From Balanoglossus misakiensis (taxonomy: Eukaryota > Animalia > Hemichordata), in the NCBI GenBank assembly GCA_040954595.2, contig CM082595.2, forward strand, positions 248,001-312,000: a stretch of DNA of 64,000 nucleotides, read 5' to 3'. The notes below the pieces were generated by a model. It ran no database searches, was not told where the DNA came from, and saw only the letters and a program-made list of their open reading frames with translations. The position numbers and the translations under genes were made by a program. This document shows positions 53,890 through 64,000 of the stretch, piece after piece (the stretch's first letter is position 1; the number at the start of each line of letters is the position of its first letter).

Positions 53890-54505
53890 GATTGCTATTG
53901 ATGAGTCCATGATGCTTACCAGAGATTTCAAAAAGTGTGTACTTTGTATCATAAATTTGTAAAATAATATTAATACACATTTCATCTGTTGAAACCTTTT
54001 GGTATGGAGGTTTCATGCGATTTTTTTATTTTATTTTTTGAAAAGTCCCCATTCTCAGCTATGATATTTTTTTAACTTTTTACTTTTCTAAGTGTGTATT
54101 TTGTTATTGACAATCGCATTAAACTTATGTCAACCTCTTCTGATCAAGTGCTGATTTACACACATGAGACAAACGTTGTTTTGTGTTCTTATGTAAGCTT
54201 TAGATGTAGTTGATTAGGCCAACATGAAATGTGCACCAACTGACGAGGACTTGAGTTACCCCTCAGATTGCGTGATTTCAGGAAAATAGTCAGTTTTAAC
54301 AGCATCTGTGGGAGATTATCTGAAGACTAGAAATTACGCTTTTACTAGCCAGTTACTAGTATTTACTAGTAGTTCTGCGATACTAGTGTTTATAAATGCA
54401 AGGTAAATGCGTCGAGCAGGGGGCGTCGTCGGGGAATCTGAAGAGGTCACGCTTTGGGTCGAAGCGCCACCAACGTTGACCCCATCAAACCACTTCCTCT
54501 TCAAA

Positions 54506-57500
54506 ATGGCGACAGAATATGAAAGTGTACTGTGTGTCAAGAATGAGGTCTTCGTGTACAAAATCCCACCACGACCGTCAAATAGAGGATACAGGTAAGA
54601 CAATTCACACACGTCCGATTTCAAAGCAGGTGCCTACTGGTGAAGTTACGGTTTCCAAAGCAATATGCTTTTATTGACTTGTACATTACCTGTCGCAAAC
54701 GTAACGCTACTGTCAATGCCGGCGAAAGAAAACAATCTGTCGTTTTGATATTATCTGGTAATTAAATGTACATGAATAGAGGCATACGAACAAAACGTTA
54801 ATTTACGATCAGATCTACATTGTAAGTTCATTAAGCACACCTTGATGGCATGTATAACATGACAACAGTCCCTTACATGTTTTAAAGCGGAAGTGGGTAG
54901 CACATAGTCTTTCAGTGTTGACCGTGGCTGTGGTAGCCGAAAAGGGGGAGGAGCCACTCCACGAATCGCAACCCTGTGGTTTTGTGTAGAATTTGTAAAG
55001 GGTGTCGTTTGGCATGCCAGCTTTACTGCATGGCCGTGGGTTAGATAGTGAATGCATTGCCACGTATGTAAACTAGGTAGTGAAACAGTTATTGCGAATT
55101 ATCTCTGGTGTATGAAACATATCAAGAACATGCCTATGTAAATTTCAGGTTGCAATTTTGCCTTGCTTGATTGAGAGGCAGGATGTATTTGATGTAATGT
55201 TTGGACAAGGATGAATGTGTCAGGAAGTAGATAAGATACAGTGTACCGCAGTCCCTCTGAGTACTGTGATTGTACCATGCTTCAAACCATGAGCTAGGAA
55301 CAAAGGAAGGAAAAGAAATTGATGTATATTTACACAAAGTAAACAGAAATACTTTGTAGTCCTTTTACAAAACAGCTCTTCTGTATTGGACATCCGACGT
55401 CGAGAAAAGTATGACTTCAAACTGACCGGACGGACACATGATTTTGGACAGCGGACATTTCAGACAGTCGGACAGTCAGTAAACTCTGCACCTATTCTAG
55501 TTTCCTGCAAAAAAAAATATTTGATTTTGATAGGGCGGCAGATTGGAAATTAGATCAACATGACTGGAAGGGACGGTTACGGGTGGTTGCCAAGGGAAAC
55601 AACTGCAGTATCAAATTAGAAGACAAAACAACTGGTAAGTGGGCATTTATAGGTTGCAGATGAGTCTGTCAGTTCAAGCCTGTTAATTGATTATTACATA
55701 CAGACATACTGTATACATCAGTAGATAGCTATGTACGTACATGCATACAGTTGAATTTCATTGAAGAGACTGATATTTGTTACCAAGCTTAAGACTAATG
55801 TCAAGAACAATCAAGCTTGCATTGTAGTGACTGTGTCATGATTTTGCTTTTTGTACAAAACAGGTGAATTGTTTGCCAAATGTCCAGTAGATGCATATCC
55901 GGGAATATCTGTTGAGGCTGTCATGGATTCAAGTCGATATTTTGTCATTAGGCTCATGGATGATAATGGTATGTGTTGGTAAAATGTTGTATAAGAGATG
56001 ACTTCTGATATTTTCTTGAATTGCAGTAACACTATAATATTCATCATTGTATTCACAAACATTGTTTTGATTTTTTTCGTAATTCAGGACGGTCAGCTTT
56101 TATCGGTTTAGGATTTTCTGACAGAGGAGACTCGTTTGATTTTAATGTGGCTTTACAAGACCACTTCAAGTAAGTAACCTGTTCAATTCAATTCTTCAAC
56201 CCACAAGACGCTACGGGCTGTAGCTATTTATAAATGATAGTATAAGGTTGTTGATTGATACTTATTCTCTGTATCTCTGTTGTTTCCTACCAGATGGGTC
56301 AAGCAAAGTAAAAAATTTGAAGAAGAAGAGAAAAATGCTGCTCAAGATCCAGGGCCAAAGTTAGATCTCAGTTTGAAAGAGGGACAAACAATTAAAATAA
56401 ACCTAGGAGTAAGTTAAGGACATGTATGTTTGTACGTACATTTGTCTGTACATGTATGTTGTGTGTGTACGTACATATGTATGTGTTAGTACGTATTGTA
56501 TAATTTGTAGCTGCAACATTTCAGTTAAGTTTAAGTGTACAGGTACTGTTAGCTTTTGAAAGTGAAGTTATGATAGCCACTTGATGACTGTTCCATCTGT
56601 CTGTTCCCATAGAACAAAAAATCCGGTACAGGCGTAGCAAGACCAAAGCCAAGTGCAGGAGCACCTGGTTTCTTGCCTCCTCCTCCAGGTTCCAAAATTC
56701 CAACAATGACCCCACCACCGGGTCAAACAGGACTTGCACAGCCGCAGCAAGCATCACAACAAGCAGCCAGTCATGGCTTATTAGGTCAGTTGGATTTCAA
56801 GCCAATGTCTACAGTGCAAATACTCGTATTACGTACATGTTCTGTACAAGAATTACATTTAATAGTTTAATTCCTGCTGGTTTATTTGAGACTTGAAATA
56901 TCACAAACTGGCTTGCTATATCCCTATCAACAGATGACTGTACTCAAGTGCAGTGTATCTCAAAAAGATTGAACTGCATCATGCAAATGTTTACATCGAT
57001 AGTAAGGATCATTTTCATGCACATTTCACATGTGTTATTACATTGCAAACTGAGCTTCAATATCACAAAATCTGGTTCCATGTCGCTGTTTTCCATGCAT
57101 TAATTTGTAGACATGTCTTCACAACTTGTAGGTTAAGCCGTTGTCAACCTGATTCATGTTCACAATGCAGGTATGGAAGTACATTATAGATCTGTAAAAT
57201 TTGGTATCGGTAAAACTGCATTCCATCTGTTTCGTTCATACATTCAGGTGGGGTCTCATCACAACCACAGCAATCAAACCAAGACTTGTTGCTTGATTTT
57301 GGATCATTATCATCATCTTCATTACCATCATCATCATCAGTGCCGGCAACAACATTGCCCTCACAGCCAAAGTCTGACCTGGATGTCTTTGGTGATTTTA
57401 CAGCAGCATCACCAACACAACCACAACAAAAGCAACAACCTCTAGGGGGCGCTAGTGATTGGGGAGACTTTGCGGGTGCAGGGTATGTAGTGATTGAAAC

Positions 57501-57711
57501 TGTCAATCTGATGTCTTTACCTTTGAAATACCAAGGATCTTGTCATCGTTACAGAGGCTTCCATTCTGACAGCAAAGTATCTTTCTCTTCTCAGATATTC
57601 AAGTCTGACAAGATCTCGCAATGAGTGGAACATTATCTATAGTGACCATCCCTTTCTCTGTTCTTTTCCAGGAATCAAGAATCCAAAAGCGGTGGATGGG
57701 TGCAATTTTAA
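54506..57711 (+). CDS. NECAP: Adaptin ear-binding coat-associated protein (NECAP1/2 family)
   Basis: [30 protein letters not shown]|AADWKLD...|GELFAKCPV...DSSRYFVIR|[28 protein letters not shown]|WVK...[17 protein letters not shown], then a Pro/Ser-rich tail, WGDF, and the diagnostic C-terminal GWVQF* (stop 57709-57711). Eight coding exons. Confidence 0.97.
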
Positions 57712-60544
57712 ATAGATCATTTATATTCTTAACAAGATTTATGAAACAATAATTCTGAATGCTCTCCAAAAGCCTACCCATATGGTGGTTCCATCATTAG
57801 CTGTGAACCTTTCTCAGGGGAAAAGTTCACGATGGATATTCTTGTAGACTGTGTCACCCCACATTATGTTCAGTGGTCTTATTTTGCTACTGAAGACAAT
57901 GAAGTTCGACCAGCCCACTACAGTAAAAGGGGTGGGTGGCTTTTGGTAAATCAGAAAAGTTGCATGAAGACTGGGATTAGAATAAATCCAGATCATGGAT
58001 TAACAGAATTATTGAAAAAAAAACCACAATGAGGCTGATCAATTCATACATGATGACCTCTCTCATTTGTTTTGTCTTGCTTTATTGTGTATGTCCACCG
58101 TACATGACCCCCATCCAGCTTACAGCTTGTCCAATTCTATAAAGGATACATGTAGTTTTAATGTAAAAGACTGAAAACTTTTTTTGTTGTTGAAACCTTC
58201 TTTTGCTGAGCCCGGAATATTCCAGTTGTTCTATGAAGCAGTTTTTTGTCAGGAAAATGCATAGGGATAGCATACCCTGGTGGGTATTAATTGAGGTCTG
58301 CTTTCTCGATGTTACAACTGTACATTTACTGATAGAGTAAGATACTGAAAAAAGTAGTATATTTGTAAGAAAATTGAAATTGTGTATAATAATAGTGTTG
58401 TGTATGAATGACTGTTATGTAGAACTAAACCAGAAGGAATACATATACATGTATGTAAAAGTTTCAGTTGTTTTGATAAATTGAGATTGGGTTGACATCA
58501 TGCAACAACTATAACAAAATCTGTTCTATAGAGAAATTCTGTAGAGATAATGGATAGTTCAGTTAGTGCAAATTAATAAGTATTTGAGGTACATGTACTA
58601 TACATAGAGTGTACATGGTAGATGACTGAGTATATATTACAATATGTATAGCATTAGTACCAAGTTGATCATAGCATGTTTGTTTAAAGGGCAGTATATG
58701 TAACTTGTGGCTATGTAGAGTTCTTTGTGCTCTCATTCTTTTCCCTGTAGCATGCCAAAATGTGCACAGAACAAAATGAGTGAAAGTATCGCTAACACTT
58801 GCAGCCAAGTGAGATGTATTTAAACCTGGGGATACATGTGATACCTGTAATTGACACAAAATAGCGGCCAATCAAGCCCCACTCCTAGTTTATACCCTCA
58901 TATTAATTCAATTGTAGGCTAGAAGCTTTTCAAGTGCAATCGCCCCACAATGAAATATTAATCAAGGCCCCTGCAGTGGGCACACATCTCATTTCTAATA
59001 TCAAAGACTACACATTGTTTCTGGCAGAGTTCCTCTGCGGAGAAATTATGTTTCTGTGAAAAATGTAAGGAAATATCAGCATAAAAAACAGTACAGTAGG
59101 GATGTACAATCTTAATCCACTTGCATATCATTCTATGAGACTCGGGTAATCTGCAATACAATTACAGTAAAGTAGTTTCATGAAATTACCTTAGAAAACA
59201 GGCCAAAGTATTTGGAGTCTAAAGGTGTCTTTTAGTCTTTGTGGACTGACTGTAATGTTTTCAGCTTTACTTCAGTGATAATGTCCCGTAACTGATCACC
59301 AGTCTTGTAGAGCAATTATGTCAGATTTCCCGAGGGAAATATAATGAGGTTGAATGTATTTCTTAAAATTATACTTAAAATCATTGACAGTTGTGTTTTC
59401 TACTGTCTGTGTTGAACCATGGTACAGTAAAAGCAATAATATAACAGAAGTGTTTGGGTTTCAATAGTCCTTGTTATTGTGGAAAATAATATTGCACTGC
59501 ACATGGAAATTTACATAAACTTAATATGAGACACCAGGGTTGTTTTATTTTCTGATGCTCAAATTTTCAGAATTATCACTCTTTGAAAGCTGTTTTAAAA
59601 TCATGGGTCAACAAAGATAATTGCGTGAACCAAGTACGGTGTCTCAACAGATGTGAAGGTTTTGTTTCATGTGTTCTTAATGGAGTATCAAAGAATTATT
59701 TTCTTTTTCCCCCAAACCCATCCGTCTGTAATATACAATTCCAAGCCATACCATAAAATTAGATAGTATTAACTGATATCATTGGGAGAATGTTATTTTT
59801 ATTTATTTGATCAAGTGAGAATTTAGTTTCATGTAAAAATTACATTATAACCATGTCAATGTAGAGTTGGCAACGATAATTCTCGGTCATTGGTGAAAAC
59901 ATGTGCAACATTTTTATAGTTTTAAAATCATGAAAGATTCCTTTGAAGTATAATATATTGAGAGTGAAATGTCTTGCACTGAACCTTGAAGGTGTCTGTC
60001 AAGATTTCTCAGTAAAGTTCTGATTCAAAATATGGATTTGAAATGTTTGGGATCTGCCGAGACTGGTCTGAAAAGCGACGGTTTTTGAGATTCCTTTAAG
60101 AGGTTCACCACTGAACAGAATTGTGACTTTATTAGTGGTAACTGTGTTCCTTTCAAATGTGATTTATTGTAATGGTCATCAAGAAAATAAAGTATGATTT
60201 TTGTGAATATTCTTGTAGAATGACATATTTTCTGGTCAATTCATCAAATCACACTCCACTAGAAAAGACTCCATCAGACAAAAATTCACTTAGTTGATCA
60301 TTTTATTATGATTACACACACAACATAATTCTATTTCTACATTCATCTATAATATACAAGGAGGACATTCAGCTATGCTGTACACACATGAAGCAACTGT
60401 CTTTTGAAAGGGACTGAATGAAACGCAAAGAAAACTAAACAGCGCCCTGACTTGATTATATCCAAGTCCCACCCCAGCTACTGAGAGAGAACAATGCAAC
60501 ACCAAACAAGGCCAGAATTCCACTGGCTTCAGATTTGTGCATTT

Positions 60545-63500
60545 TCACGATGAGCTTTTGTCTCCTAGGCCAAAGCTGATTGCGTGTGTCTGTGACTGTT
60601 TGGTTGTTCGTGCGTCTTCGCTCTCTTTCCAGTCAGTTTTCTGTTTGTGCTGTTTCACAGCTTCATCCACCCTGGCGTCGATCATCTCAGCTGTGAGCAT
60701 ACCGTCCTCTGATGCATAGCCACTTGCCTACAAGGAGAAAAACATGAAATGGGAGCTTACATAACCGAGACAAAAAATTTGTAGAAAATTTGGTTTGGAC
60801 ATAATGTTTGTACACACGAAATTATGCACGTGCGCATAAGATGATTGTCGGGCTTTAATGCCACATTTCCATGTCACTCTTTGTACACTTACCTGCCATG
60901 CAACGCCAATCTTTGCAATTTCTCTTCCTGATAGACCACCCGTCTTGGACGCAATCTCCTTACACTTCACGCCATAGTCGAGCTGTTCCACCTTGAACCG
61001 ACTGTCAAGAAAAATCAAATATGAGGAATGAAGTTACATGACATCTATCAAGTCCAAAGTCTTCCATTACAATAAATATTGAAACGTACCTCTTCCCTGA
61101 AGTTGCTGGTTGTAGAATGTATTTATCAAAATAATAGTACACCATCCTCTCTCTCTCTTCAAGTCCCGGAAGATCAAAGTTCACCATTTCATCCAAACGG
61201 TCGTTTATTGCCCAATCAAATTGTTCCGGTTGATTACTTGCTAAAACTAACATAAACCTGCAAAGGAAAATATAATTGTGAAAAGGGGGATGAAACTCAC
61301 AAAGAATCCAAGTTAGAGTTTTGTGTCACATGACTGTCATGTGACAAACATTATAGCATCGTTTGTTTTTCACAAATTCTATGTACTTACTTTTTAGACT
61401 GCTCTCCCGTCCTGTACAAAAATGCATTTAATGTTGCCCTCATGTCTTCACTGATCACTTCCTGCAATTAAAAACCAGAAACAGGATGAGTCTATCATTG
61501 CACATTTCATGTTTTATAGTTCTGTTTGGTTATAAATGAAATCAAGACCTTATAATATTAGACAACTTACCGAACTCCTCCTCCGAAGAAAAGCGTCTGC
61601 TTCATCTACAAAGAGTAAGACCCTAGCAACAAAATAATGAGAAATGGTGGTTTGAAATAATTTCACCTCAGAATGACAAGTGTTAAACACAACCAGAGCC
61701 ACAACTCTGAAAGCAATTTGCGACATAATACACTTAACCCCTTCTTAGGGTTCTACTTGAAGATGCCCAATCAAACATAATACACTTACCCCCTTCTACT
61801 TGAAGATGCCCAATCAAACACTTTATGCATGGCAGTGACACCGTCTTTCCCCATGGGGGCTACATCACCTCCTGTCATAATGGCATAGTCCATCCCAGAA
61901 TGCATTGAGAGACTCTGTTTCAAAAGTGATAGATACATGTATAGTCATGTTATCCTGCACTGTACATTTCTTCATTCATATTCAGAATACAAATACACTT
62001 CGTTAAATCTCTTGTAAGTTTATTTGGTACAACCACAAATAACTTGTCTCCTTACCTTGGCAAATAGAGTTTTTCCTGTTCCCGGTGGACCATAAAATAG
62101 CAAGTTTCTGTAGAGACCTTTGTTTCTCTTAGTATTACGAGTTGCTACGGCAATTTCACGAAGACGTTCCTCCAGGGATGGCTGTGTGTAGAGCCAGAAA
62201 AAGCATCAACGTGTTAAAAGTAACCAAAGAAAATGAAAGTTTACACTCTATGCTTTATACTGTGTCTTGTTTCAGACAAGATCATCATTGATAGAACTGA
62301 TGTTAGAATTACAAGTGCATACCTGAAGGACAATTCCTTTGAGAGCATCTTCTGGTTTCACAAATATCCGTCTTGTGGTTTTGATCGGGTGTCTAATGCC
62401 TTCCAGGAGAGTAAGTCTGGATGTTTCCCTGACCAGAGACGGTTTTCCAAGTCGGGCTTCTAAGTACCTGGCCCCAATACCGGTACCCATTTTTGCTGTG
62501 TACACACCTAGTGCCAAAAGTGTGAGACCTGCAGCCTGCAATTAAAAGAAGAAACTGTATTGATTCTTGAGATATGTGTAATGTGATCTTAAAAAGCCTG
62601 TTGACAGAGGAACTGATATACATGTACCACAAATAAGTCAAAATTTTAAAGTCTGCCACAGTCAGATCAAATACATATGGAAATTAAGAGAAAAAAATAA
62701 AATGCATACCGTGGCTGACACTTTATCCCAGTCAGAAATAAAAGCTTTGAAGCCATCGCCAAGAACAGTCCCAGCAGTTCTGAAAAATACAATTTGTTCA
62801 AGTCAAAGGAATCCAATGAGTTTTCAGTCAAAAGTATTAGTTCTAAGCCCCAAAGAATTCAGCAAAAGTCCTATAACTTTACTTTTTATTTAATGCAAAA
62901 ACAAATTTACTTGGTAACTCACTTGATAGACTGTAGCACAGTCTCTCTGTACTCTTTGGCCTGAAGACGAATTTGTTCATTTCGGAGATCCCTATTCTCC
63001 CGTTCTATTTTAGCCTTGCCCCTCAGTTCTGCTTCCAATTTCTTCATTTCATTGGTGTGTCTCAGCTCAGCCTCATACTCTATCGTCTTCCTTCTCATGG
63101 ATTCCTGTTTGTTGACGGACTCTTCCTGTTTTCTCAGATTATCCTCGTTCATCAGTTGCTAAGATACAAAGTTTGTGATACATTATCAGATATTTTATCA
63201 CCATGGGATATATTTAATCAGGGTGAAAGAGAACAATGTATACTAGTAGTAATTTACCTGTTGTTTTAACTGATCTTCATATCTCCTCCTTGCAAGCTGA
63301 TCTTGATATTGAGCTCTCTCTTGATGTTGCTTGGTTTCTTGACCCAGTGTTTTTCTCTTTTCATCTCCTTGAGCTCTGATCTGATCCACTTTCATTTGCT
63401 CAACGTGAGCTTCAAATTCCTTGTCAAAGGAAGAGTGATCAACAATTTTGATAAATTTAATTCTAACCCTTCCACGTAAAAAAAAAACAATTACTGTTTA

Positions 63501-63843
63501 GGATACTGCTCATTGTCCATTTCTTTGTGTAATATGTTAATGTGCAATGTGATCCTGTGTTTATGTAAATATATTCCAGACTAGCATAAACATGTTTCCA
63601 TGATTTGCGGTAGTCTTGTCCGACTTTCTCTTGAAAACAATAGGGATGAAGTCAAGGGCAAATACAATAATTTCTCAGATACATACAACTTGGTGTGAAT
63701 GTTACTAAATGTGACACCACGAGACATCTGCACCAAATTGTGTTATTAATCTTTATGAAATCTTACTTTGATTTGTTTCTTTTCCTCAAGTTGTTTTGTG
63801 TCTTCTTGTTTCAGTGCCAGGCCAAGTGCTTCCTTGGCATTTA
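60545..63843 (-). CDS. ATAD3: ATPase family AAA domain-containing protein 3, 5'-partial (first exon beyond the window)
   Basis: [50 protein letters not shown], Walker [85 protein letters not shown]; stop at 60545. Confidence 0.97.
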
Positions 63844-64000
63844 CTGAAATAGACAACATGTTCAGTTATTTATTTTTTCATCTAATCATGATGTTGTATA
63901 AGGGAGACACTCTCATCGTTTCATGTAAGCTTGCCTTCACAACCCGTCACGTCCAATCAACGTCTGAATACCAACGTTCAATAAAAGCTATCATTCAGTG

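Noticed and set aside
57814-60540. Small ORFs between NECAP and ATAD3, and antisense ORFs over coding exons elsewhere
   Set aside because: AT-rich convergent 3' UTR/intergenic sequence or shadow frames; no motifs or splice support.

Overview
Eukaryotic, intron-rich animal genomic DNA, most likely from a marine invertebrate; the taxon cannot be fixed from the sequence alone. Bases 1-14761 are about 164 copies of a 90-bp satellite with an internal hairpin, a layered subfamily structure and traces of higher-order duplication. All ORFs in that stretch are repeat artefacts. The remaining 49 kb is gene-dense, and I reconstructed these spliced genes by hand: a class I SAM-dependent methyltransferase (+, first coding exon not found in the window); a 17-exon circularly permuted Ras (G3-G4-G5-G1-G2) + zinc finger + VWA protein (-); head-to-head with it, a Cdc42-like Rho GTPase lacking a CAAX box (+); an ABCG half-transporter (-); ILKAP (-); an unrecognised SAM-like-domain protein with a long disordered tail full of YEN/YxxM motifs (+); two tandem UNC-93A-like genes (+); two tandem galectin domains with altered sugar-binding residues (+); NECAP (+); and the 3' part of ATAD3 (-). 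The most notable items are the permuted Ras/atypical Rho pair, the SAM-plus-phosphotyrosine scaffold, and the satellite architecture. Exon coordinates were read manually and may be off by a few bases.
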